Assembly: GCF_947568905.1 (NCBI RefSeq)
Contig: NC_079167.1
Location: 1,240,001-1,304,000 of the forward strand
Reading direction: 5' to 3'
DNA: 64,000 bases
DNA from: Ostrea edulis
Taxonomy: Eukaryota
Made by a program: the position numbers and the translations under genes. Of the stretch, positions 1-13,438 are shown piece by piece; positions within the stretch are counted from its first letter, which is position 1, and each line of letters begins with the position of its first letter. Under the pieces are notes generated by a model. The model saw only the letters and a program-made list of their open reading frames with translations. It had not been told where the DNA came from and did not search any database.

Positions 1-189
1 TTTATTTGAATTGACTATAATAAAGTGTTTATCAAGTTAATAAATTACGTCGTAAACGTTTGTCATTTACATGAAGTATTTATTTCTGGAAAGTTGGTCA
101 GGGCTAGTGGATATAAAGTCAGGTCTAGTAAAAATCATTTGAAGTAGCCCGACTGGTCTAGTGCTCAAAAAAGTAAATGTCAAACCCTG
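1..189. mobile_element. Right end of a DNA-transposon-like element (terminus ...TGTCAAACCCTG) abutting the histone repeat
   Basis: Homology to the second histone unit begins abruptly at 190 (tgtacaaatgacc = 24079). The preceding sequence differs and ends in CCCTG, the reverse complement of a CAGGG hAT-like terminus. The other end is outside the window. Confidence 0.35.
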
Positions 190-302
190 TGTACAAATGA
201 CCAATCTTGATGTTTTGATTTTAAATGAAGTGTAATTAAACTGGTTGTCTGTCTATTTACTTTGTTTTTGTTTCTTTTTTATGTTTGTTGTTGTGGGGTT
301 TC

Positions 303-333
<31 letters not shown>

Positions 334-1199
334 TTTAGTTTTTTGGTTTGTTTGTTTTGTTTTCTTCCAATTATTATGTAAGTGCTATGCTACGAGGTTA
401 TCGTAAGAGTGATTAGATCTTTCCACTATAGATACATAATATATATATACAGTGTGCGAAACTAACTTTAAAGTCCTATAAACTTTCGGTCCATAGTCAT
501 TTTATTTCCTATAGACCACAACAAATTACGGAAGCATATTAGGGCCGCAGCAGTATCTTTTTTTTAGTTTGTTATAACAGATTAATAATTTGTTATAACA
601 GATTATTAATTTGTTATAACAGATTATTAATTTGTTATAACAAATTACTAATTTGTTATAACAAATTACTAATCTGTTATAACAAATTATTAATCTGTTA
701 TAACAAATTACTAATCTGTTATAACAAATTATTAATCTGTTATAACAAATTAATAATCTGTTATAACAAATTATTAATCTGTTATAACAGATTACTAATC
801 TGTTATAACAGATTATTAATCTGTTATAACAAATTACTAATCTGGTATAACAAATTATTAATTAATATATTAATTTAACAAGAGGCCCACATGCTTTATT
901 GGTAACCTGAGCATTAGTTAAAAGTGTCACTACTGCAAAAGACTATGGAATCGATACTAATTTTCCTGGTTGCATATCTGAGCTACATATAATGTAATCT
1001 CTATTCATATTATATTTAGCTTTTGCAGATTAGCTCAGACTCAGGCCATCTTTAAGGCCCATGAATCTCTTGTTTTACTTTATTGCCACTATAGTTATAC
1101 TGTGAATAATTGTAACTTAAAAAGCCTTCTAATACATGGTGCTAGATCTTATATTAAGCACATAACTTTCAGTTTGCAGGAAACCCATTTTGAAAATGT

Positions 1200-3742
1200 A
1201 TGCCTGTTGGAAAGCGGTAAATGTAGTACGACCGAAAGCCGAAAGTCCCGAATAACGATTTTTGCATTATTTCTCTCTTAATAGTTGATAGAATGACATC
1301 AAACATATTGTGATAACTGTTTGACATATTAAACAAGAATCGTATAACTTTTTCTGGGAATTCTATAAAGAAGATATTGAACCAGAGTTTTCGGATACCA
1401 AAAAGCGGTAAATCTAGTACGTTTTATAAATGTCGAAACCTGAACACGGTCGCCGATCTTGTGATCTACCGAAAGTCTGCGTTTTAGCATTATAGACAAT
1501 ATTGAATCAGACTGAGTTCTAGATATCTAAGGTAACTTAAATCGCAATTGCATATATGGTGCATTTATATGCGCATTTTTATGGAGTGCCAAATTAACAT
1601 AAACTCAAATAATTGAAGATATCTTCAATTATTTGAAGATATCATCAATTCAATTATTGCTCTCTTTAATTGAATTAATGCGCGCTTTAAATCATTTATT
1701 GCTCTCATCAAATGAATTAATACGTGCTTCAATTCAATTATTGCTCTCATCATTTGAATTAATGCGCGCATCAATTGAATTAATGAGAGCAAAAATTGAT
1801 TTAATGTGCGCATTGATTCAATTATTGCTCTCTTCAATTCAATTGATGAGAGCATCAATTCAGTAGAAATATTGCTCGCAATAATTAATTTAGAGCTCGG
1901 TATTAATAATTTGATGATCTCTTTAATTCAGTTGAAGATATCTTTAATTATTTACGATGCTTTTGTATAAGGAATTAATGCGCGCATAAATTCTTTTAAA
2001 GAGAGCAACAATTCAATTAAAGAGATCATTAATTCAATTGTGGATATGTTGAATTGAAGATATCGTTAATTATATAGTTGCTCTCTCTCTAAAAGAATTA
2101 TTGCTCTCTTCAAATGAATTAAAGATATCATTAATTCAATTGAAGAGAGCAATAATTGAATTAATGCGCGCATTAAATCAATTTTTGCTCTCACCAAATG
2201 CATGAATGCGCGCATCAATTCAATTATTGCTCTCATCAATCGATTTAATGTGCGCATTATATCAATTATTGCTCTCTTCAATTGAATTGTAGCGCGCATC
2301 AATTCAATTGTTGATATCATTAATTCGTTTGAAGAGATCATTAATTCAATTAAAGCGTGCATCAATTCAGCTGAAGAATTAATGCTATCATCAATTCAAT
2401 TAATGCGCGCAATAATTCAGAATTGAAGATATCATTAATTATTTGAAGAGATCTTTAATTAAATTGTTGCGCGCATCAAATGAATTGATGCTATCTTCAA
2501 ATAATTGAAGATATCTTCAATTATTTGAGTTTATGTTAATTTGGCGCTCCATACATTTTATTGTGTCACCCTACATATTTTGTAATTATACATGTGTAGT
2601 ACACGCAATCTTTTGTCATGCCAAGAAATTCCTAGCAAAATCTCCGGTATAGAAAAACCGTAATAAATCATGCAATGACCGCAATTAAGAGATAAGCGAC
2701 GGCTACTATTAATCAGCATGTAATATGGGCCTACTGAAGCCAACGAATTCAGACCGGACGGGATTTCTTGGCATGAATATTTCAATCCATTTTGATATAT
2801 ACACTATAAAAAGTGTGCTTCTTTTTAAACTTCGGTTATTGAAGCATATTCGTTATTGAATTAATTGAATAATTTTATAATTCAATTATTATTTTGATGT
2901 AGTGTAGGTTACTAATGCTTACGAAGTGTGATTTAAAGTAATCATAGGTAATTTATATGTAATTTATCGAACAGAAACGACAAATTTTAACATTATCATT
3001 CCATCATCAAGACGATTAAAGACTGTACTATCATAATTCCCTTTTCTTTCTTAATCAAAATGACAAAATATTGTAAAAGCACACTTTTGGGGTTACATTA
3101 TTTACTTTAGGGAGTATAGTTTCTTTACTTTCGCAGTTTTGATTTTTATTCAAAATAACATGACTGGGTGAATGAGGAACATTCGCGTGGCCAGAGCTGG
3201 GCAACAGAATCAATGTTTAATGTCATAATCATGACTAATTACCGACAGACATCCTCAACTATCGTTTTACGCGTACGCTGTTTAGGTACGAATTTACCAA
3301 ACTAAGGGGACCTACACTTGTTCCGATTAAAACAATATCACGATTACAAAATACAGCAGTTTTTATTATTCTGTGTTGTGGAAGTAATGATAGAAACATA
3401 AAACGTAGTCTTAATCAATATTTTTTGCATGAATAGGATTACTTAGAACCCAGTATTTACAAAGGGGCTGTGGGAATCGGTCAGTGTTTTCGACTGTGTT
3501 TGGGTTCCGACATTTATAAAACCTACTAGATTTACCGCTTTTTGGCAGGTGAAAACTCTGGTTTGGTACTTTTGTAGAAGAATTCTCAGAAAAAGTTTAT
3601 GTTTTTTATGTACCTAGGTTACAACCAGTAACCTCTGCAAATTATGTGTTATTCCATGCAGCATTAAGAGAGAAATCTCGAAAAAATCGCTATCCGGGAC
3701 TTTCGGGTTTCGGCCGTACTACATTTATCGCTTACCATGCAT
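1200..3742. mobile_element. Older internal inverted-repeat pair (nested TIR element or foldback arms)
   Basis: 1200-1470 is an imperfect reverse complement of 3470-3742, e.g. taaatgtagtacgaccgaaagccgaaagtcccg versus cgggactttcgggtttcggccgtactacattta. Confidence 0.6.
1580..2553. mobile_element. MITE with ~60-bp TIR (TATGGAG(T/C)GCCAAATTAACATAAACTCAAAT) filled with degenerate 21-bp repeats
   Basis: TIRs at 1580-1640 and 2493-2553, flanked on both sides by CATTTT (possible 6-bp TSD). The interior is AATTGAATTAATGCGCGC-type 21-mers in both orientations. Confidence 0.8.
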
Positions 3743-6209
3743 GTTCTTGATAGAAAAGTTTTTGTACCGGTGGTATTTCACATTTTTTTCTTTAAAAATA
3801 TTTATGAATAAATATACCTCCCCTTCCCAGAAAGGGGACATATTGTTTTAGTGTGAATTCTTCATCTTCTTCCGTTTCTCATACAAGTTTGTCCGGGCCA
3901 TAGCTTTTTTGTCTTTTCCTTTGATATGTGGAGACTATGGAGAAAAATCCACGATTGTCTATTATGATCTCTTGTCGTTGATATTGATGATCTGTTAAAT
4001 TCGTTATAACAGATTAATAATTTGTTATAACAGATTAGTAATTTGTTATAACAAATTAATAATCTGTTATAACAAATTACTAATTTGTTATAGCAAACTA
4101 AAAAAAGATACTGCTGCGGCCCTAATATGCTTCCGTAGATTCTTCATCCAAGTCACGTACTTCTACTACGTTTCGTTTTCTCATGATTTTCTGCGACTTT
4201 GGCCTTGCTGGAACTTGTACTGACCGCTTTCCGTTTGATTCAAGTGCGTGCATCTTTCACGTATTTTTAAAACCATCAAAAAGGACATTGCGAATTTGCA
4301 CGAAAATGGCGTACATTGAAGTAAATATCAAATTGAATAATCTGATTCGAATGATTTGTAATTACATTGGGGAACATTTTATTACAGCTAAGGGGTAAAC
4401 AGAAACATTGGCGTACTACATATAAACTGGTCCCGCTTGTCATGCAACTTTCCTCAAACAAATTGAATAGTTTGATATTATTTTTTTAGCGGAAACTCAT
4501 ATAAGTCATGAACAACGAATGTACAAGATTGGAAACTACTATTGTCACTTTGTCTGTAGATCTGTTTCTAAACATAACAATAGAACTTTTGGAGGGTTAG
4601 CAATGCTATGTAAAAATGAATTTAAACCTCATATAAAAATTCTAAAAAACACAAAAGCTGACTTTCAGTGGATAAAACTGGAGAAAGATTTTTTCGATTT
4701 TGACAAAGATTTATACATTTGTATGATATACAACCCTCCAGAAAACTCCTCATATTCCAAGGGCATCAATTACGATATTCTTGACTGTATTGAAAAAGAT
4801 ATATCATTTTATAAACCCAAGGGAAACATTTTACTATGTGGTGACTTCAATGCGAGAGTTTCAACAGATCCAGACTTTATTGCAAACGATGATAATGAGT
4901 TTCTCCCTCTCCATTCATCATATACTATAGACAATCAAATTACAAATCGTCACAATATGGATTCTAAGTTAGATAATAGGGGCAAAGACTTGTTTGATAT
5001 GTGCATTGCGAATCAACTGAGAATACTGAATGGTCGTACTTTTGGTGATATGTTTGGCAAGTACACTTGTTTTACACCAAATGGCTGTAGCACATTAGAC
5101 TATGTTTTGGCTTCAGAACATATTTTTAATCAAATATTGTATTTCAGTATTTCTGATTTTTTACCTACACTGTCTGATTGTCATTGCCTTCTACAATGGT
5201 CACTGTCCGCTAGATTCTCTTTTAAGTCTGATAATACTAAGGATACTAATACACATCCAATTTCACCAAACTACATATGGTCAGATGAATCACCTGTTCT
5301 TTTTCAGGCAGCCCTTAATTCTACAAACATTCAAGAGAGATTACAAAATCTCTCAAGTTGTAAAAATCTTGACTCTCACGAACTGATTGACAATGCCTCC
5401 ACAGAATTATCAAATATAATTATTAAAGCAGCAGACAAATCTCTTCGAAAATCTAAAATTAAACACAATAAGACAAACAAAAAAAATGCACAAATGGTTC
5501 GATATAGACTTAAAATCCATGCGGAGAAATCTGTTTAATTATGGTAAAATATACTCCAAATTTCCGAAAGATCCAATAGTGAAAAACCATTACTACAAAT
5601 TATATAGGGAATATACCAAAATGAGAAAATTCAAATGTCGAGAATTTAAACAATCTTTATTAAGACAGTTAGAAACCTTACATGTTGAAAATCCAAAATC
5701 TTAATGGAAATTGATTGAGAAACTTCAGGGAGTAGAAAAAAACAACAATGCAAATGTAATTGACCCAACAACATGGGTCTCCCATTTTCATGACCTGAAC
5801 AAACCCAAACCAAATTTCAACCACCGTCTGGCACAGCTAGATAATATTCTAAATGAGTTAGAAAAAGAAAAATGTTTTAATGACTTGGACAAACGTATAT
5901 CCATTTCAGAAATATCAAATGCTATTTCCAAAATAAAAGTAGGGAAAGCTCCAGGTCTAGACAAAATTTCAAACTACATGATTAAATACGGTCAGACCCA
6001 TCTCTTGCCATGCTTTTACAATATTTTCAACAGCTGTCTTACTTTTGGTCATTATCCTAAACCATGGTCTTCAGGTTACATTACTCCTATCCATAAAAGT
6101 AATGACATTAATGATCCAAATAATTACAGAGGCATAACGGTTACAAATGCAGTTGGGAAATTATTCAATAAAATACTTGACATTCACCTAGATAAATTTC
6201 TTACTAAAC

Positions 6210-6531
6210 CAGGCACGTAAATTAACCTTCAATTTGGAGGAGGCAGGAAATTAGGCGGGGGTCTGGGGGCCGCCCAGGCCCCCAGACGCTGAGCACATTT
6301 TGTGCACACTGAACACGTTTCGTGCAAAATCCTTGGTTCTAGGACCTTCTAAGATGTTACTTGACTAACTCATTCTAAAAGAAAGATGTGGAATGCTTTT
6401 TAAGGGAGGTATCATGTTCTTAGTTATTGGAAACAACATAAATTCTAATGAACTTTAAATTTTAATTTTTTTTGGCTCAAAAGTTGGAGGAGGCAGCTGC
6501 CTCCTCCGCCTCCATGTAATTTACGGCCCTG
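6210..6531. mobile_element. MITE with CAGG(C/G)(A/C)CGTAAATT TIR and 5-bp TSD TAAAC, inserted in the RT region of LINE A1
   Basis: TSD taaac at 6205-6209 and 6532-6536. Removing it restores ...DKFLTKHRIINECQIGF. Confidence 0.85.
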
Positions 6532-7510
6532 TAAACATCGTATAATCAATGAATGTCAGATAGGTTTCACCCAAAAAGCAAGAACTTCTGACCACATGTT
6601 TATTCTCAAGACTATTATAGATAAATATTGTAAGACCAAGGATGGAAGAGTGTACGCCTGCTTTATTGACTTTCATAAAGCATTTGACACCGTCATTCAT
6701 TCAGGAATTAAACTTAAACTCTTAAAATTGGGAGCTGGAACAAATTTTTATCAGGTGATTAATAGCATGTACTCTTCAAGCAAGTCCTGTGTCCGTTTAA
6801 GTAATGGTATCACCGATTTTCTCTCAATAAAAGTAGGTGTCAAACAGGGGGACAATTTAAGTCCAAATCTGTTTAAAGTATTCATTAATGATCTTCCAGA
6901 CTATCTCAATTCATCCCCAGATCCTATGGTCTTAAATTCTCGAACATTTAATTGTTTAATGTATGCTGATGACATAATTCTACTTTCCTCCTCAGCTAAT
7001 GGTTTACAACAAAAACTAAACATTTTGCAGCGGTATTGTAATGATTGGTGTTTGAGTATTAATTTCTCAAAAACTAAGATCCTAATTTTTAACAAGGCAG
7101 GCAGACTCTTGAAAACTAAATTCTATTTGGCTGGTATTGAACTAGAATGTGTATCCAACTACAAATACCTTGGGGTTTCATTTTGTTCATCTGGTTCTTT
7201 CTCCCCTGCTCAGAAAGAACTATATCATAAAGCCCTGAAAGCATTATTCAAACTAAAAAAAGACTTCATTTCACTAAACCCTGATATTAAAACCATTTCT
7301 CATATATTTGACCATACCATCAAACCAATATTATTATATTCTTCGGAAATCTGGGGTTATTTCAATCCTTTTTTCAAAAAATCTACTAACTCCGGTGGTA
7401 CAATAGACAAAATTTACTCAAACCAACTTTGTGATAAACTACATCTCAAATTTTGCAAATCAATATTTGGGGTACATAAATCTGCAACAAACTATGCCGT
7501 ACTGTCGGAA

Positions 7511-8098
7511 TACGCCGGTTTCGAGATACATCCGAGTTATTTCCCTTTGGAGAACTCTCGTACATAGTAAGGCGCTAAAGAATTTGTTTACACGCGGGAG
7601 TGGGACAGATATTCATCACAGCGTAAGTGAATGTACTAAAGAAGTTTTTCATACGCTGTTTGATAACCCGAATTCGACTGATACACAAACTAAGTAAGTG
7701 ATAAGTATTTAGGAAGTAATTAAATACATAGAATTCTTATCCTATCACGTTATTTCGTTCGTCATAAGTACCATATCCAAGATATTTTTGCAAATATGAC
7801 ATTGTTTGTATGTTTTCACTTCGGTAAAACATTTCTTTCGATAGTATTTCCCACATTTACATATTTAAACCATATCCAAGATATTTTTGCAAATATGACA
7901 TTGTTTGTATTTTTTCACTTCGGTAAAACATTTCTTTCGATAGTATTTCCCACATTTACATATTTAAAGAGAAGCCGCTTTTAACACATTTCATCGTCTT
8001 CCTTGTTGGCTGTATATACACTCTGTCCCACTTAGGCATTCAAAGTTCCACTAAATGCACCTCCTATACAGAAGAGTTCGTATCTCGAAACTGACGTA
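7511..8098. mobile_element. MITE with TACG(C/T)C(G/A)GTTTCGAGATAC TIR inserted in LINE A1; internal 99-bp tandem duplication
   Basis: 19-bp TIR. Removal restores YAVLSE-LGRFP. The junction reads either as no TSD (TACG...CGTA) or as a 2-bp AT TSD (ACG...CGT). Duplication at 7771-7869 and 7870-7968. Confidence 0.85.
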
Positions 8099-11000
8099 TT
8101 GGGAAGATTCCCCCTTCACTTTGACATATTAAAAAGTATGTTAAGTTACTGGTACAGACTCGAAAATCTTGGTCAGTCATTTCCACTATTGTTTGATGCA
8201 TATCGAGAATCAAAATTACTTTTTGAACAAAACAATTCATCATGGTTTGGTTCTATAAACTGTTTCATAACCAATATTAATGGGATTAGAGATTTGCCCA
8301 TTAAAGGGGCATACCAGTTTAAAAAGGCTCTTAAAAATTGTTTATTCAAACATTACATCAAAGAATGGCATTCACACCTTACATTAAATTCAGATAAAAA
8401 ACTAAATCGCTTTTCTACTTTTAAACAAAACTTTGGTTTTGAGAATTATTTGAGTTCAATTAAAAATTTTGAGCAAAGGAGAAGTCTAACACGTTTGCGT
8501 ATATCAGCTCATAGACTAAACATTGAAAGGGGACGTTACCAAAAAATCCCTCGACACGAGAGATTTTGTCTAAGATGCAACAACAATTCAGTGGATGACG
8601 AAAAACATTTTTTATTCTCATGTAGTCATTTATCAGAAGAAAGGGTTATTTTATTCCAAACGATAGACAAATCATGTAAGAATTTTGTAAAGATGGACAG
8701 TGATCAAAAACTTATATGGCTAATGACCAATGAAGATGAAAATATTCTCATCCAAATTAGTAAGATGATTTTAAACAGTGGGATATAATACTACAAATGT
8801 TACATTTCATTGCATTATGCACATTTTCTCTCTTCATATTTTACACCTGTAGGCTGTCTTGGCTACTGGGAGTACAAGACCAACAGTCTGGTACAACAAT
8901 TTACTACCAGATTGTTAACAGGCATTGTCCCTTGGTACTCCCTGTAGTCAGGTCAACATATCGTGTTTTATTTTCTCATATAACGTTATTCTCTTTTATA
9001 TAAGTATTCTAACCTTCCTGCTTTAGACATAAAACATTCAGAACAACTGGATCCTGCGTGTAAATATGTAATATACTAGCATGCTGTATTCAGTAAGATG
9101 ATTTTGAATAGTGTAATGTGATACTGTAAATACATGTCTTTGCATTCTACACATTTCCTTTACTTTACAATAGTAAGCTGTCTTGGTTACTGGGAGTACA
9201 AGACCAACGGTCTGGTACAATAAATTTATTACCAGACTGTTAACAGGCACTGTCCCTTGGTGCTCCCTGTAATCAGGTCAACATATTGTGGGGGTTTTTT
9301 TTGTGTTTTTTTTTTTTATTCTTTCATATAATGCTATTATTCTCTTTTATATAAGTATTCACACGACACTATCATTGTCTGCTATCCCAGTAACTGTTAT
9401 GTGAGGCAGTTGGGTTATTTTATTTATCATGTTGTTAATTTAAATCTTGTCTGTAATCAGTATTTCATATATAATTATATAGATATGTGCAGTGCAGAAG
9501 TGTGAACTCTGTCAGTATTACCAGTAGTACTTCTAATTGAGTGTTATTTATTTTCATTGTTATAATTAATTGCCTGTTAACATGTACATGCCCTCCGAGG
9601 GCCCTTGATTGGTGAATAAACTATTATTATTATTATTATTATTATATATGTTAAATAAGCAACAGAGAACCAGTTATTTACTCAGAATTCCTATAGACAA
9701 GTTGGTCTATAGCTATTTTGATTGTTATAGACCGACTCGATTTTCTATAGACATTGTCTATCGGTCCATGGTTAATTTCGCACACTGTATATATATGATA
9801 TATAGAGCCACTTTTACGCTACTTTGTGAGTAGGGATCAATTCACTTATATTGAGCTGTACACAATACGCACACAACATCAAAAATGTAAAAGAAATGAT
9901 AAATTTAGGTGCTATATTATCAATTGAAGTTTCAGAAGGTGACACATGATCCAAACTCGGGAAAGGTTTCAGGACATGTTTACGATTTGCCTATACTTTT
10001 CTGTTAAATAGTAATAGCTCTGTTTGTTTAAAAGGTTTCGATAAAACAAAGAGGTTTCAAATTAAAACAATCTTAAAAATCAGGTTTATCCTATAAGCAG
10101 GCGATAAAACGTACGTATGGGATGATAAAAAAAATGAGTTTAAACTTTATTTCATTTGAATAAATCAATATATGTATATACACAATACGTTATATGCACA
10201 CAGGATTCGGAATCAAGTCGTATAGCAACTTATATTAATCCGTTTCCTTGAATTTAAAACTTTGAATGGTAAGTGTGCATTTGCCCGTTGCACATGACAA
10301 AAATGACAACGAGGAAGTAAAGAAAAATGAAAGAAGAAAAATCTAACAAGTAAATAGATCATCATTGGAAGAGATGTTATGACCTAAGTTCATCAGAAAT
10401 GGATATACAATAACTTCCAAACAAGAAATTCCACCACTCTACACATTTAAGCGGAAGTCGATGAGATTAAGCTACATATCTTTTGGATGATGCACATGCA
10501 TATAATGAAACTATTTTTAATATAGAAATTATTTTTAGTAAAGTCTCCATGTACAAGGATATTTACAGTTATTGGTCTTAATGGATCAATAAATTTATTC
10601 AAGTAAAAAGTGTGTTGTTGTTTCGATTTTTCCACAGGCACAATATGGATTATCTATTACATGTATGTGTTTCGCGAATAGGTGAGATTTAAGAGTACTA
10701 ATTACAGTCGTGTGTGTGGTATCTGTCCGTTGCGTTTGCACGGTGCAAATACAATGATTTCTAATGTTCTTAAAGTTCGATCATTTGCCAGGATCAATAG
10801 TTCTTTTTGCAATAGTATGTACTCGTTTTCGTCTACGAATGGGTGTTATTTAATGAGGAGGAATCTGATTTTCTAACGAAAGAAAGAAGTCGAGTTACAC
10901 CATTTCATGTACCCGTTTGACTTGTTGGACAAAGTAAGCATCACACCCAGTGTGAAATTTCTAGACCCAGTCGAACGTGTTCATGTGAAATTAATCACCG

Positions 11001-12245
11001 AAACTGAAAATCGTTTTTCAAGAAAGTTGTCGGTTTATACGGAGGGCGTTTTCCTGCGTACGTCAAGGTTTAAAATAAATACGATATATATATTTGAGCA
11101 TACCATTTGCGGAGGAAAGGGGTTCGAAAACCCATGGATCGAATGTATTCAGAAAATGTTCAACAAATGTTTAGTATTTATATGAACCAAAAATAAATTC
11201 TTCATGCTTATAAGTAAAGTCGTCATTTTGCGACAAACTACAGGTTTTTTTTTATAAAACACTTTTTTTTTTTTATATATGACTGCTTCATGTATAAAGA
11301 TATAGGAAAGAAATATTACCCTTTGAACATCTACAATTCAGATGAAGATATATCAAAGGAAAATCACTGTAAAGTACTATGCAACCCTGTCAATGTCGTT
11401 CATGTCAGAAGATTGTGTGAATTTTTACATGAATGTTTTGAATTGCGCACCCAAAGTAAAGTGCTATAACTCATTAACTACATTTAATTTATGTTGATAT
11501 GCAATACTAAATTGCATACATGCAGTCTAATATCACAGGTACATGTCAAATATATACTTGTATTTACATATATGTAAATGAACTGTTAGTATTTAGTTTG
11601 TTGTCATTATATATCTGATATTGTGTAACAGGATTGGTGAATCCATAAATAAATTGAGTATATTTCGGAGATAAAACAATTCGGCCAAGATAGTGATATT
11701 TTGTTTGCGGATATATTTACAATCCATGTACCAGGATCGTCTATGTCGTCTCCAAAGATTTTGTTCTCTTTCCATTTTTTTTTTATTGCCCCATCACATC
11801 ATGATCACCCTATCTAATGTCAGGTAGCTCCATGTCTACCTCTATTTCTCACATTCATACTGGTACAAAATCATTTCCTTTGTGGCTTTTCGTCTATGTA
11901 AATTAAAAGCAAGAATGACCACGTGAAGATATACGATCACTCGCCCTGTATTTCAAAAGTTTTGGCACCCTTGTTTTACTCTTCCATTGACAAACTACAG
12001 AGCTGGTTGAGAAAAATAAAAAAAGAATGCAAATAAAAACTCATTTCCTTTTGGTATTTCCATGATTTCTCAATGAAGTCCAAAGGAGTGAGGACAATTT
12101 ATATAGCGCTTTTTTTGCGCCTTGAAATGTATGAATGACTGCAAATATTGTCATCCCCATTTCTCAGTGAGCATTGAATGTAAGATTAGACTGCCATTCT
12201 TGACATTTCGATGCTTATAGAAGTGTCTTTTCAAAAAAGGTTGGT

Positions 12246-12261
12246 GGCCGTGAAAACGGCC
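12246..12261 (-). terminator. H2A histone 3' stem-loop (GGCCGT-TTTC-ACGGCC) followed by GAAAAGAC downstream element
   Basis: 16-nt hairpin 37 nt after the stop, with CAAAC 5' flank and ACCAA 3' flank. Confidence 0.85.
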
Positions 12262-12298
12262 GTTTGTTATAGGTCCTGCAAGCAGACTTTGTACTTCT

Positions 12299-12931
<633 letters not shown>

Positions 12932-13303
12932 ATGCCACCTAAAGCCGGATCGAAAGGAGCTAAGAAAGCCGCCACTAAGGCGAAGACCCAGAAAACTGGG
13001 GACAAGAAGAGGCGCAGGAAGAGGAGGGAATCCTATGCCATCTACATTTACAAAGTCCTGAAGCAGGTCCACCCAGACACTGGCGTTTCCAGCAAAGCTA
13101 TGAGCATCATGAACTCGTTTGTCAATGACATTTTCGAGAGAATCGCCGCTGAAGCTTCCCGCCTGGCCCACTACAACAAACGCTCAACCATCACCAGCAG
13201 AGAAATCCAGACCGCTGTCCGACTTCTCTTGCCCGGTGAATTGGCCAAGCACGCCGTCTCTGAGGGTACCAAGGCTGTCACCAAGTACACCAGCAGCAAG
13301 TAA
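12932..13303 (+). CDS. H2B: Histone H2B (true start MPPKAGSKG; upstream ORF extension ignored)
   Basis: 123 aa; [29 protein letters not shown]...YTSSK. Confidence 0.99.
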   Translation: MPPKAGSKGAKKAATKAKTQKTGDKKRRRKRRESYAIYIYKVLKQVHPDTGVSSKAMSIMNSFVNDIFERIAAEASRLAHYNKRSTITSREIQTAVRLLLPGELAKHAVSEGTKAVTKYTSSK

Positions 13304-13335
13304 ACTCAGCAAGGACTTGAACCTCATACTCAAAC

Positions 13336-13351
13336 GGCCCTTTTCAGGGCC
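13336..13351 (+). terminator. H2B canonical histone stem-loop GGCCCT-TTTC-AGGGCC plus GAAAAGATG downstream element
   Basis: Matches the metazoan consensus; ACACA 3' flank. Confidence 0.92.
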
Positions 13352-13438
13352 ACACAAATTTTTCGAAAAGATGCCTTTTATAACAATGCATTGAGAAACG
13401 TTTATTGGTTGACATTGCATATCTACAAAATATGCATA

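Larger units (their letters stand above)
527..4137. mobile_element. Non-autonomous TIR DNA transposon (TACGGAAGCATATTAGGGCCGCAGCAGTATC termini) with subterminal 21-bp repeat arrays
   Basis: Perfect ~31-bp TIR extended by arrays of a 21-bp unit with a TTGTTATAACAA palindromic core (about 14 copies left, about 5 right). Absent from unit 2, which has ~180 bp of other sequence at this site (24425-24606). Confidence 0.85.
4439..9645 (+). mobile_element. RTE-X-like non-LTR retrotransposon copy A1: 5'-truncated, nearly complete disrupted ORF2 (APE endonuclease + RT + C-terminal CCHC), (ATT)n tail
   Basis: APE motifs DIIFLAETH, GDFNAR and TLDYVL. RT motifs PGLDKI, NYRGITV, DFHKAFD, GVKQGDNLSP and YADD. 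C-terminal RLRISAHRLNIERGRY...CLRC...HFLFSC. 3' end gggcccttgattggtgaataaac(tat)n. Absent from unit 2 (junction near 24908-24916). Has frameshifts, a stop and two MITE insertions. Confidence 0.9.

Noticed and set aside
1625-2365. Leucine-zipper-like heptad ORFs on both strands
   Set aside because: They are the automatic translation of the 21-bp repeats inside a MITE and are not evidence of a protein.
10682-11185. ORFs of 64 and 92 aa conserved in both histone units (also 25955-26458)
   Set aside because: Conservation is explained by the whole-unit duplication. Differences between copies are mostly non-synonymous, and no domain, stem-loop or promoter was recognised.
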